64,000 nt of DNA from a bacterium (GTDB lineage Bacteria > Zhuqueibacterota > Zhuqueibacteria > Residuimicrobiales > Krinioviventaceae), in contig CAXXFV010000027.1 in the NCBI GenBank assembly GCA_963674595.2, positions 256,001 to 320,000 of the forward strand. The letters run 5' to 3'. The notes beneath the pieces were generated by a model, which was given only the letters and a program-made list of their open reading frames with translations, ran no database searches and was not told where the DNA came from. This document shows, piece after piece, positions 28,695-38,183 of the stretch (position 1 is its first letter; every line of letters starts with the position of its first letter). Position numbers and translations under genes: made by a program.

Positions 28695-30197
28695 TTACTT
28701 GCTTTTATTTTCACCAAAAACCTGTGTTCGATATACCCAAAACTCTGCTCCGTTTTTCCAGGCATTTGAAGGTAAACCGGCTTTACGACATAAACTTGTC
28801 ATTTCCTCATCAACACTTTTCCAGCCTGCCTGAATTGGGACCTCGGGCAGATATGTGGCACTGCGTCCATTCTTTTTTAAAATAATACCATGCTCGCCCA
28901 TTTTAAATTCAGCTATTGAATTAATTTTATATACGTTCGTTAAATAAACAGATATTTTTATTTCTATTTCATCCAGTTCATCAGGAGACAACGGCGAAAA
29001 GCGGGGATCACCAAAAGCAGCCGCAACCGCCATTTGCGGCACAAGTTGATATAAAGGCAGGCTGGACTCATGCTGCCCAATACATCCACGGAGTTGTCCG
29101 TTTTTAGTTAGCGTTACAAAAACGCCTCGTTTTTCATTTAAAACAGCGTTATCCGTTTTGAATTCAGGAATAGATTTGGTTTCCATATAACTTTTTATTG
29201 CCTGTCCGGCTAATTTTAACAACTCGTTTTGCAGATTTTTATCAATTTCGCTATACTCCGTATGTTCCTTTTGTTTGGTAAAAACAACAGCGCCATAACC
29301 GACAACGTATCCCTCCTTTTGGCCTGTTACTTTAGCGGAATTCGTCCTGGTAATAATTTGTGCATGAGTTGCCCCCATTTCTTTTAATGCTATTTGTAAA
29401 ACAGTTAAAGGACCGCTGCCGCATAGCTGAAATTTATTATTTTTTACGCCATTATAAAAATTTTCTGGATCACATCCCTGAATGGCAGCCAACGTGGAAT
29501 TGTCGGAATTTTCACAATCTGTAACAGAATAACCATGATATAAATCAGAACTGGCGATGATTAACGTTTTTTCAGGATCAATAACATCGGCAAGGGTTTT
29601 GCCGATTTGTTCACAAACATTCCAGTTATACTGCCCGATAACAATAGGTACAATATTTACATCAGGAAAAATTGTTTGAATAAACGGAAGCTGAACTTCA
29701 AGTGAATGCTCATTAGGGCCGTGACCGTTTTCTGAAAAAGAAATGTATCGGCATTTGTCCACTAATTTTTGCGCTGTTTTTTTATCGATCAAAGACGTTC
29801 CCAGAGGTGTTTTGTAAGCGTCTCCCGGATATATAGAAGCTCCCTGAAAAGGATCACGATGGCTTGGCGCTAAAATAACAATCAATTTATAAGAATCGGA
29901 TTGGATCTGCTTATAACCTGCTGCGGCTGTTTTGCCGGAAAACGTATAACCGGCATGTGGAACAACCATTCCGTAAATATGTCCATCATCAGAAATGGCG
30001 GCTGATTCTTTTAAAAGTGTGGAAATATAACCTTTTAACTCGGCAGGATCACCGGGATAGAACCTGTCGGCAACCGCAGGAGGCCGGATATGGTCTTGTT
30101 TATTCTGCGGATCAGCACAAAAAGCTGACGACAATAATAAAATAACTGTAAAAAAGTATAATATTTTTGAATGATGCACAAGATGTATTGATTTCAT
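28695..30197 (-). CDS. amrB: AmmeMemoRadiSam protein B (MEMO) fused to an AMMECR1 domain, with a predicted signal peptide
   Basis: RPPAVADRFYP, PHAGY, PSH, EHSLEVQLPF, SSDLYH, VVGY; C-terminal LRGCIG/DPRF/KAGL. Hydrophobic N-terminus ILYFFTVILLLSSAFCA. Confidence 0.92.
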   Translation of the reverse strand: MKSIHLVHHSKILYFFTVILLLSSAFCADPQNKQDHIRPPAVADRFYPGDPAELKGYISTLLKESAAISDDGHIYGMVVPHAGYTFSGKTAAAGYKQIQSDSYKLIVILAPSHRDPFQGASIYPGDAYKTPLGTSLIDKKTAQKLVDKCRYISFSENGHGPNEHSLEVQLPFIQTIFPDVNIVPIVIGQYNWNVCEQIGKTLADVIDPEKTLIIASSDLYHGYSVTDCENSDNSTLAAIQGCDPENFYNGVKNNKFQLCGSGPLTVLQIALKEMGATHAQIITRTNSAKVTGQKEGYVVGYGAVVFTKQKEHTEYSEIDKNLQNELLKLAGQAIKSYMETKSIPEFKTDNAVLNEKRGVFVTLTKNGQLRGCIGQHESSLPLYQLVPQMAVAAAFGDPRFSPLSPDELDEIEIKISVYLTNVYKINSIAEFKMGEHGIILKKNGRSATYLPEVPIQAGWKSVDEEMTSLCRKAGLPSNAWKNGAEFWVYRTQVFGENKSK

Positions 30198-30212
30198 TTT
30201 TCCCTCTACAGC

Positions 30213-31355
30213 TTATTTCCAAATTCCGGGTATTGTGTGCCGGCATTTTGGACATTTACCATCCTGAAGGTTATTTTCAAGAATCGAAAATCCGATTCGG
30301 CGAATCAAAACAGTTTGGCAGTTTGGACAATAAGTACTTTCTCCCGGGTCACCGGGTACATTTCCAACATAAACATATTGTAAACCATTATCAAGAGCAA
30401 TTTGCCTCGCACGTTTTATGGATTGGACCGGTGTGGGCGGCACATTTTTCAAACGATATTGCGGATGAAACCGGGAAAAATGGATCGGCGTTTCCGGCCC
30501 TAATTCTTTATAAATCCATTTACTTAACGCTTCCAATTCCTTGGGATCATCATTTTGTTCGGGAATAACCAGATACACTATTTCCGTCCACATATTTTCC
30601 GATTTTAAGAGAACCAGTGTATCCAAAACCGGTTTGAGCGTACCGGCTACCAACTCTTTATAGAATTTTTCAGTAAATGCTTTTAAATCAATTTTAACCG
30701 CATCTAAAACTTTGCACAGGTCCCGCATGGGTTCAGGATTAATATAGCCATTGGAAATCATTACACTTTTTACATTCTGTTTATGTCCGGCGACGGCAGA
30801 ATCATACATATATTCCGTAAAAACCACGGGTTCTGTATAGGTATAGGCAATCGTATGACATTTTTTATTACGGGCAGCCAGGGCCATATCATCCGGTAAA
30901 AGCCGGAAAGAACGAATCTGTTCCGGTCTGGATTGAGAAATTTCCCAATTCTGGCAAAATTTGCACATAACATTACAACCAACAGTTGCCACTGAAAAAG
31001 CATTTGTACCGGGTAAAAAGTGGAACAAGGGCTTTTTTTCAATGGGATCAATATTTGCTGAACACGGATTTCCGTAAACAAGCGTATAATAGGTCCCGCC
31101 ATGATTTTCCCGAACACCACAATACCCTCGCTCCAGGTCATCAATTAAACACTCACGGGGACAGAGTTTGCATTGAATTTTTCGATGGTCCAGCTTTTCA
31201 TAGTACCTTGCTTCAACAAGTTCAGAGTCCGACGAAGCAGCAGCGAGCTCAGATGAAAACATCGGACACCCGGAAGCGAGCAAAAAACAGCCGCTTTTTA
31301 TAGAATCTTTTATAAATTCTCTTCTTTGCATTGTTGCTGATCTCTGTTTATACAT
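30213..31355 (-). CDS. amrS: AmmeMemoRadiSam radical SAM enzyme with a twin-arginine signal
   Basis: CKLCPREC...CGVR, DPIEKKPLFHF, GCNVMCKFCQNWEISQ, YTYTEP, C-terminal CxxC...CxxC. N-terminal QRREFIK; alternative start at 31331. Confidence 0.93.
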   Translation of the reverse strand: MYKQRSATMQRREFIKDSIKSGCFLLASGCPMFSSELAAASSDSELVEARYYEKLDHRKIQCKLCPRECLIDDLERGYCGVRENHGGTYYTLVYGNPCSANIDPIEKKPLFHFLPGTNAFSVATVGCNVMCKFCQNWEISQSRPEQIRSFRLLPDDMALAARNKKCHTIAYTYTEPVVFTEYMYDSAVAGHKQNVKSVMISNGYINPEPMRDLCKVLDAVKIDLKAFTEKFYKELVAGTLKPVLDTLVLLKSENMWTEIVYLVIPEQNDDPKELEALSKWIYKELGPETPIHFSRFHPQYRLKNVPPTPVQSIKRARQIALDNGLQYVYVGNVPGDPGESTYCPNCQTVLIRRIGFSILENNLQDGKCPKCRHTIPGIWK

Positions 31356-32358
31356 TTATTATTTGAATCTTTTCGGGATCAGATGTCCCAAGTTTGTGCT
31401 GATTATCCGAAGCAGTAAAAATATAATACGGCTCGCGTCCTGTTTCTTTGAGCGATTTAAAACCGTTTTTCAGCCGTTGTTGATCAATAATCTGTAACCC
31501 ATAATAATCCATTGCAACCATATCCACAGCCGCAATGACCGAATCCATCTGCCAGGTCCATTGCGGCATATAGGGAGGTCCGCCTTCATATTGCGGCGTC
31601 AAGGCATCACAAATCGTTAAACGGGTTTTGTTTTTAATATCGGAAAACATATTTACATCAGCTACATAGGGATTGCCAAAATCATCATGATATTTATTGG
31701 GATTATTGATAGCACCGAAAAAATTTTTCAGTGCCATGCTGATGCCGACAATACCATGGTCTTTTAATATCGGTAAATTAATGACGGCAGTACATTGGTT
31801 GTGCAAAATTCGTGAAACAAGACTGGCAGCAGAGCCAAATTCAAAAATCTCTCGTGTATAACCACTTTGGTCATTGCCATAATATTGAACTTTTTTAGAA
31901 CCATAATATATATTATAACCGGCCCGTTCAAGGTCCCTGTTCATTCGGTCCCAGACAATAATATTTCTTTTGGGAACACCAACGGATAACAAATTTTCAA
32001 CGACTGAATTTACGATATCCGGATGCGTGGAAAGCCCTTTTCCGGCCAGACAGTTTACTTTTAAACCTACGATATCATCAGGTGAAAACAGAGTTTGCCA
32101 AACTTTAATATTTTTAACACCGAACAAATTTTCTACAGCCGTATCCACCATTTTTTTAACGGCATCACCCGACACACTGTTCCCATGAATACGCATATCA
32201 CTTCGATGTGAGGTAACAACTTTTGAAGTGTTCTCCCCTTTTTGATGTATTGAAAAATCAGACTGGTTTTGCATACAGTTGGAGCCGGACATCGTTCCCA
32301 TAATGCCGGTGCACCCGACACATACTGATCTTAAAAAATGACGTCGATTTATCACCAT
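31348..32358 (-). CDS. DUF362 domain protein with a twin-arginine signal
   Basis: NRRHFLR Tat motif; VGLKVN, THP, INLPILKDH, ALKNFFG, DMVAMD. Confidence 0.85.
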   Translation of the reverse strand: MVINRRHFLRSVCVGCTGIMGTMSGSNCMQNQSDFSIHQKGENTSKVVTSHRSDMRIHGNSVSGDAVKKMVDTAVENLFGVKNIKVWQTLFSPDDIVGLKVNCLAGKGLSTHPDIVNSVVENLLSVGVPKRNIIVWDRMNRDLERAGYNIYYGSKKVQYYGNDQSGYTREIFEFGSAASLVSRILHNQCTAVINLPILKDHGIVGISMALKNFFGAINNPNKYHDDFGNPYVADVNMFSDIKNKTRLTICDALTPQYEGGPPYMPQWTWQMDSVIAAVDMVAMDYYGLQIIDQQRLKNGFKSLKETGREPYYIFTASDNQHKLGTSDPEKIQIINV

Positions 32359-32369
32359 AGCATTTCCTT

Positions 32370-32403
32370 AAAAAAAAACCGTGACCTTGAACAAGACCAC
32401 GGT
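32370..32403 (-). terminator. intrinsic terminator downstream of the REC-PAS-GAF gene
   Basis: Minus strand ACCGTGGTCTT-GTTC-AAGGTCACGGT (11-bp stem with 2 GU pairs) followed by a T run. Confidence 0.7.
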
Positions 32404-32432
32404 AATATATAAATTCATTAAGGAAAAAACAA
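32404..32432 (-). promoter_or_regulatory. putative sigma70 promoter TTGTTT-N17-TATATT for the DUF362/amrS operon
   Basis: 17-nt spacing; the predicted TSS falls inside the 5' arm of the terminator hairpin. Confidence 0.45.
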
Positions 32433-32443
32433 TATAGAACAAT

Positions 32444-34576
32444 TTATCTTAAAAATCGTTCCACAATTTTTTTAAATCCGCCTCTTTCATAATCAGGCTC
32501 ATCATTCATATCCCGAATATCATCCGCTTCGTTTATAAAATCTTCCTGCTCATCAATTCCAAACGGCTCTGGTTGAGGTCTCTGTTCAGGTTCCGGCTCT
32601 TCTTCAATAGAAGGTAATGGTGAACGTTGTTTAGCCGGCTGAGAGCTTCCCATTTGTTCTTTTGCCTGTACATACATAACCCGGTTATCAATTGCTATGG
32701 CAATTTGGTTTGCCAAAATTTCCAAAGTATGGATCGTATCGGTTGAAGGCAACCGGCTATCCTGAGGATCATCGGCCATCATAAAACCGATTATTTTACC
32801 TTCCCGGGATTTTATTGGGACCAGCAAAAGCCCCCAATTCGGCCAACCGTCTTCAAAACGGCTGTTGCTTTCAGCGCCATAGTAAATTCGCTTCATTGGG
32901 CGAAGAATGGATTCATCCTGGTTGATAAAATAGGATTTACGCTGTCTGTATTCATCCTTGAGTAAGTCACTGAATTGTTTTAAATCGAAATTCAACTCAC
33001 GGAGCTGATTTTGTTTAATCTTATCATCACATGCAACCGCTTTGGTTTCCAACATTCCGCTGTTTTTACTTATAAGAACAAGAGAAACCAAATTAAACTC
33101 TAAAGAAAATTTAACAGACCAAACAACTTCTTTTAACAATTCGCTTAAACTGAGATATAACTTGAAGATATTGCTTGTTACCAGAATCTGGCGCATACGC
33201 CGAGATTGACGTTCGATATTTGAAAAACGGTAATAATTTTCTACGGCCATTGAAATCATTTTTCCAAACAATTCAAGATTATAAAAAGTGGAACGTGTGG
33301 GATAATGACTTGGTAATGGATCATCCAGAGAAATATAACCAAAAGTATTGTTTTGAGAATCGGTCAAGTTTAACAAAACCAAATCACGTTTATGCCATTT
33401 TGTTAAAGGACGTCGCTGCTGTGTCCTTCTTTCCGGCATATCTGGACGGTCATCAGAGTGGCCATCCCGCTGATCCTGTGAATGGTATATAACCTTGATT
33501 TTAAACCTGTCCGCAAAAATTCTGTTTATAACCTCCTGGGGTACTTCCATTGTCCGTTCATCAACTGTCCCGGACTCGTTAAAACCAACCATTGCCTGTT
33601 TAATGAATACATGTTTTCGCCTATCCAGCAAGGCCACTGTTGATCTTTTAAAGCCAAAAACCTGACTGACAACCTGGGCCATTCGTTTTAACAAAACATT
33701 CAACGGTTCGGAATAGCTCAACTGAATCAGGCTGGTCACTTCGCTGACCATTTTATTTTGATCAATCTGAATTTTTTGTATGGCGGTTTCATCAACTTGT
33801 TTTTTAATAACCAAAATACTTCCGCGGAAACCGATAATTTGGTCCGGTTGAATTTCATCGCGTAAAATTCGCATTCTTAATTCTACAGGAAGGCGTTCAC
33901 CGGTTTTATTAACCAATGTTAAAGTAAATGTATAAGTTGATCTTTTTTCTGTTACATCAAAAACTTTGATAAAAAAATCATCCGCATCCTGCTTTGAGAT
34001 CAAATCAAGAATCGTAAGTTCCAATAATTCATCTTCAGAGTATCGGGTTAATACCTGAAGTTGTTTATTGGCAGACAAAAACCTGCCCCTGCGATCACAA
34101 ATAAAATTACCGGCATCTTTATCCGGAATATAATTTCTAACAGGTTTATCTGTTGATTTCATAAAAGAAGCTGCCTGGGGGACTCCCTTTAAATTTTTTA
34201 TTTTTGGTTTTTCATGCCCGGCAGCGCGTTTAATAGAATTTGACAGGGATGACAAATAACCCTTTTTCTTGATAACAGTATCAAACAAATTATCGCCTGA
34301 TGACTGTAGGACACTATCAGATTCATTTTCATTAATTGTCAGAATGATTGGAAGATCTTGCGCCATTGATTCGAGACGGGAAAAGAATAGATCAAAGTCC
34401 CCTTCTGCAAGTTCACTGTCTAGAACAATTACGTCATAGCTGTTTCGTTCTATGCGTTGCTCTATTTCATCTATAGACGTTGCTCCATCCGGTTGGTACT
34501 CTGTATTTTGAGCACGCAACATCTGTTTGGTTGCTTCCAAATAAGAAATATTTGGGTGTGCAATTAATATTTTCAT
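32444..34576 (-). CDS. REC-PAS-GAF-GAF signalling protein with no recognisable output domain
   Basis: Atypical receiver (VIVLDSEL), PAS (DRRGRFLSANKQ...YSEDELL), two GAF-like regions, acidic Pro-rich tail. Confidence 0.75.
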   Translation of the reverse strand: MKILIAHPNISYLEATKQMLRAQNTEYQPDGATSIDEIEQRIERNSYDVIVLDSELAEGDFDLFFSRLESMAQDLPIILTINENESDSVLQSSGDNLFDTVIKKKGYLSSLSNSIKRAAGHEKPKIKNLKGVPQAASFMKSTDKPVRNYIPDKDAGNFICDRRGRFLSANKQLQVLTRYSEDELLELTILDLISKQDADDFFIKVFDVTEKRSTYTFTLTLVNKTGERLPVELRMRILRDEIQPDQIIGFRGSILVIKKQVDETAIQKIQIDQNKMVSEVTSLIQLSYSEPLNVLLKRMAQVVSQVFGFKRSTVALLDRRKHVFIKQAMVGFNESGTVDERTMEVPQEVINRIFADRFKIKVIYHSQDQRDGHSDDRPDMPERRTQQRRPLTKWHKRDLVLLNLTDSQNNTFGYISLDDPLPSHYPTRSTFYNLELFGKMISMAVENYYRFSNIERQSRRMRQILVTSNIFKLYLSLSELLKEVVWSVKFSLEFNLVSLVLISKNSGMLETKAVACDDKIKQNQLRELNFDLKQFSDLLKDEYRQRKSYFINQDESILRPMKRIYYGAESNSRFEDGWPNWGLLLVPIKSREGKIIGFMMADDPQDSRLPSTDTIHTLEILANQIAIAIDNRVMYVQAKEQMGSSQPAKQRSPLPSIEEEPEPEQRPQPEPFGIDEQEDFINEADDIRDMNDEPDYERGGFKKIVERFLR

Positions 34577-34633
34577 TTATCAACCTCTCCCTTAACCCAA
34601 CACCACATCAGAGAACATATAAAATTTCAGTTT

Positions 34634-34662
34634 AATTAAGTAATTTTTGCCAAAAATGTCAA
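34634..34662 (-). promoter_or_regulatory. putative sigma70 promoter TTGACA-N17-TTAATT
   Basis: Perfect -35 and a weak -10, upstream of the start at 34576. Confidence 0.45.
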
Positions 34663-34787
34663 GATTTAAATACCACAAATAAATTTATATGACTCACCAA
34701 TTAAATTTTGCTGCAAAATAAATACCAAAATAAGAAAATTTTTATCTCAATTCAACGACAATTGATAACAAATTAATATACAACAAG

Positions 34788-36101
34788 TTAAACATTACTT
34801 GGCACAACATAAGGTTTTCGATAATTGCGCTTTAGCATGTCATTGGCCTCATCATCACTTACAAATCGTTCACTGGATGGGTCAAATTGTAATTGACGTT
34901 GTAAACGATAAGAAATATTTCCCAGATGAGCCAAAGCAGAAGACAAATGAGCCGTTTCAACAGGTCCATTCAAGATTGATTTATCATGGGCCCTTACAGC
35001 TTTTATAAAATTAGCAAAATGATCGCCGCCTTCTTTACGGCTTGGGCCAGGTTCATATTTTTCACGTCCAACACTGATAAAAGTTTCATAAGAACTATAA
35101 CCTTTTACAAGCATATAACCTTTACTGCCGTAAAATATGTTACCAGTTTTAACGCCGTCTTCATAATTTGTGTTCCAGTGTCGAACTTCAAACTGTATCA
35201 TTTTCTTTTGTTTGGGATAATTATAAACAGATGTTAGAACTTCGGGGGTTTCTTTACAATCATCCCATAAAAATTTTCCACCCATTGCCGTTACCTGTTC
35301 AGGCAGCCCGACATCCAGTCCCCACATACACATATCTGTTTCATGTATACCCTGGTTTCCGACGTCTCCGTTGCCAAAATCCCAATGCCAGTGCCAATTG
35401 TAATGGACCAGATTACGGGTAAAAGGCCTTTCCTGCGCCGGACCCAGCCACAAATCATAATTCAGTCCTTCAGGGACCGGTTCAAATCCTTTATCTCCAA
35501 TATCAGGACGCCAGCGAAAAACCAATCCACGGGCCATATAAACATCACCAATAATGCCGTTACGCAATTGCTGAACAGCTTCCTGTAAAGCGGCAGAGCT
35601 GCGTAATTGCACACCGTGCTGTACAATTCGATCGTATTTTGTGGCAGCTTCAACCATTTTCCGGCCTTCCCAAATGTTATGGGATCCGGGTTTTTCTACA
35701 TAAACATCTTTACCGGCCTGGCAGGCCCATATTGTTGCTAATGCATGCCAATGATTTGTTGTTGCAATACTTACAACATCTATATCTTTATCTTCATATA
35801 CTTTTCTAAGGTCTTGTTCCAGTTTTACTTTTTTATCATATTTTTCTTTAAATTCAGTTTCACGTTTTTTTAAAACCATTAAATCAGGATCACATAGCGT
35901 GACGACGTTAACATTCTCCAAATTCATGTATCCCTTTACATGATTATTTCCGCGTCCGTTTAATCCCAAAACCGCAACATTGATTCTGTCATTTGCGCCT
36001 TTTGCAGATGCCGGTAAAATCATTGGAGCTGTAACAGAAGCCGCTGCAACAACACCTGCTGATTCTTTCATAAAAGTCCTACGTGAAATTGTTTGATCCA
36101 T
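34788..36101 (-). CDS. Tat-exported Gfo/Idh/MocA family oxidoreductase
   Basis: SRRTFMK Tat motif, GLNGRG, NHWH, VYVEKP, WLGPA. Confidence 0.92.
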   Translation of the reverse strand: MDQTISRRTFMKESAGVVAAASVTAPMILPASAKGANDRINVAVLGLNGRGNNHVKGYMNLENVNVVTLCDPDLMVLKKRETEFKEKYDKKVKLEQDLRKVYEDKDIDVVSIATTNHWHALATIWACQAGKDVYVEKPGSHNIWEGRKMVEAATKYDRIVQHGVQLRSSAALQEAVQQLRNGIIGDVYMARGLVFRWRPDIGDKGFEPVPEGLNYDLWLGPAQERPFTRNLVHYNWHWHWDFGNGDVGNQGIHETDMCMWGLDVGLPEQVTAMGGKFLWDDCKETPEVLTSVYNYPKQKKMIQFEVRHWNTNYEDGVKTGNIFYGSKGYMLVKGYSSYETFISVGREKYEPGPSRKEGGDHFANFIKAVRAHDKSILNGPVETAHLSSALAHLGNISYRLQRQLQFDPSSERFVSDDEANDMLKRNYRKPYVVPSNV

Positions 36102-36167
36102 TATTTCGACCTCATTTGCTACGCTGGTTTATTCTTTTATTATCAATTAGCTGGTATTCTTTTTATA

Positions 36168-36309
36168 AGGATATATTTTACATCTGTCATATTCAAGTAG
36201 AAACAAAAAAGAAAAACTGCGTAAATAAAAATGAAACAACACATTTAAGAAAAATGCAAAAGACGACAAACGTTTAAAACTTGCTTTTTAGATTAAAATT
36301 CATTACTCT
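36168..36309. promoter_or_regulatory. divergent sigma70 promoters: minus TTGAAT-N17-TATCCT (36196-36168) and plus TTGCTT-N17-TACTCT (36281-36309)
   Basis: Both have a 17-nt spacer and point toward the flanking genes. Confidence 0.45.
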
Positions 36310-36389
36310 AATAGGCTACCCTCAAATTTGATATTTCTTTACAGGAGATTAATTAATGTAGAATTAATATACTTTTAAGGAGGAAAATA

Positions 36390-38183
36390 TTGATCCTAAA
36401 AAACAAGATAAATGATTTGTTTTCAATTTGCCCCACTGTTAAAACCCTGCTATGTGATGCCGATTATCCAAAAACAGCACGACATTTTTTATTAAAATAT
36501 TTAGATGAATTCGCCTATCTTATAAATAAAAACATCAGAGAGATTCAACCTCTTGAATGGGAACTTCAGATGACGTGTATTGAAACCCTCAAGAGGATTT
36601 TTTCTGTACGCAGTGAACGATTGTCTAAATTTAGTTCTATCCGGTTGTTATGGCTGTTAGCACATGAGAAATATGATGAATTGCCGGATAATTTCAACGA
36701 AGGTTTTCTAAACGAAATGTATTATTTATTCCTGGGTATGCAGGGTAAAAGCGGGATTTATGACCAGGAACCCTACCCGGAATTTGCCAAACTTCATGGC
36801 AGAGAAGCAGCTAAAGTCCGTTCCGACCAACTGGATGAAATGGCTTTAAAGTCTCATGAATATATGAAAAGATACCCAACCGGATTGGACCCTCAAGTAA
36901 AACAAAAACGATTACAAAACCAGGAACGGATTCGAAAAGCATTTAATGCAACAGTTGAAGAATGGAATGATTATCTTTGGCAGATTCGTCATGTGATTCG
37001 GAACTCGGAAACACTTGTAAACCTAATCGACCTTACTCCTGAAGAAGTACAAGCTATTGACCGGGCCCGTTCAAACAAACTTCCATTTGGCATAACACCT
37101 TATTATGTTTCGCTTATGGACAAAGAACCGGACAGAAAAAACGACCATGCCATAAGGGCACAAGTTATTCCTCCCTTGAATTATGTTGAAAAAATGCTTT
37201 CTACACGAAACGATCCGACCTATTGTTTTGATTTTATGCTGGAAAATGATACCTCCCCCATTGACCTTATTACACGTCGTTATCCTATGATTACCATATT
37301 AAAACCCTATAACACGTGCAGTCAAATTTGTGTCTATTGTCAGCGAAATTGGGAAATCGACGATGTTCTTCAACCACAGGCGCTGGCAACACAAGATAAA
37401 ATAGATAAAGCCGTTCAATGGTTAAAAGACCATCCAGCAGTCACCGAAGTTCTGATTACCGGCGGCGATCCCCTGGTTATGCAGGATAAAATGATAGACA
37501 GTATATTAGAAAAAGTTGCAAAAATAGACCATGTTGAAAGAATCCGAATTGGTTCTCGCGTGCCGGTCGTTCTACCGCAACGAATAACTGACAACCTTAT
37601 GGAAATTATTGCCAAATACCACGAACCCGGACGCAGAGAGGTTGTACTTGTTACCCATTTTAGCCATCCATACGAAGTGACTCCGGAATCCATGCAAGCT
37701 GTTCAAAAATTTAAAACAAAAGGAATATCCGTTTATAATCAAGCTGTTTTTACAACAGAAAACAGCCGCAGATTTGAACTGGTTGCTCTGAGAAGAATTT
37801 TACGATTGATTGGTGTAGATCCCTATTACACATTTAATACAAAAGGAAAAGAAGAAACCAAAAGTTACCGGGTTCCATTAGCACGTTTACAACAGGAAAT
37901 TAAAGAAGAGGCCCGTTTAATACCTGGAATTATGCGAACGGATGAAGCCGTTTACAATGTACCAAAACTTGGTAAAAACTATATAAGAGCACAACAACAT
38001 CACAGTTTAATTACAATTTTGGCAAATGGCCGGCGCGTCTACGAGTTTCATCCCTGGGAAAAAAATCTGTCCCTGGCAAGCACTTATATTGACACTGATG
38101 TTTCAATCACTGAATATTTGCTGGAGTTGAAGCAAAGAGGAGAAAACACACAAGATTATTCAACCATCTGGTATTATTTCTAG
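36390..38183 (+). CDS. KamA family (lysine 2,3-aminomutase-like) radical SAM protein, long form
   Basis: WNDYLWQ, ITPYY, ITRRYP, CSQICVYCQR, TGGDP, RIGSR, THFSHP, NQAV. AAGGAGG RBS before a TTG start. Confidence 0.9.
   Translation: MILKNKINDLFSICPTVKTLLCDADYPKTARHFLLKYLDEFAYLINKNIREIQPLEWELQMTCIETLKRIFSVRSERLSKFSSIRLLWLLAHEKYDELPDNFNEGFLNEMYYLFLGMQGKSGIYDQEPYPEFAKLHGREAAKVRSDQLDEMALKSHEYMKRYPTGLDPQVKQKRLQNQERIRKAFNATVEEWNDYLWQIRHVIRNSETLVNLIDLTPEEVQAIDRARSNKLPFGITPYYVSLMDKEPDRKNDHAIRAQVIPPLNYVEKMLSTRNDPTYCFDFMLENDTSPIDLITRRYPMITILKPYNTCSQICVYCQRNWEIDDVLQPQALATQDKIDKAVQWLKDHPAVTEVLITGGDPLVMQDKMIDSILEKVAKIDHVERIRIGSRVPVVLPQRITDNLMEIIAKYHEPGRREVVLVTHFSHPYEVTPESMQAVQKFKTKGISVYNQAVFTTENSRRFELVALRRILRLIGVDPYYTFNTKGKEETKSYRVPLARLQQEIKEEARLIPGIMRTDEAVYNVPKLGKNYIRAQQHHSLITILANGRRVYEFHPWEKNLSLASTYIDTDVSITEYLLELKQRGENTQDYSTIWYYF

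Noticed and set aside
36390-38183. Assigning epmB or kamA
   Set aside because: Too long, different lysine loop, and none of the expected neighbouring genes.
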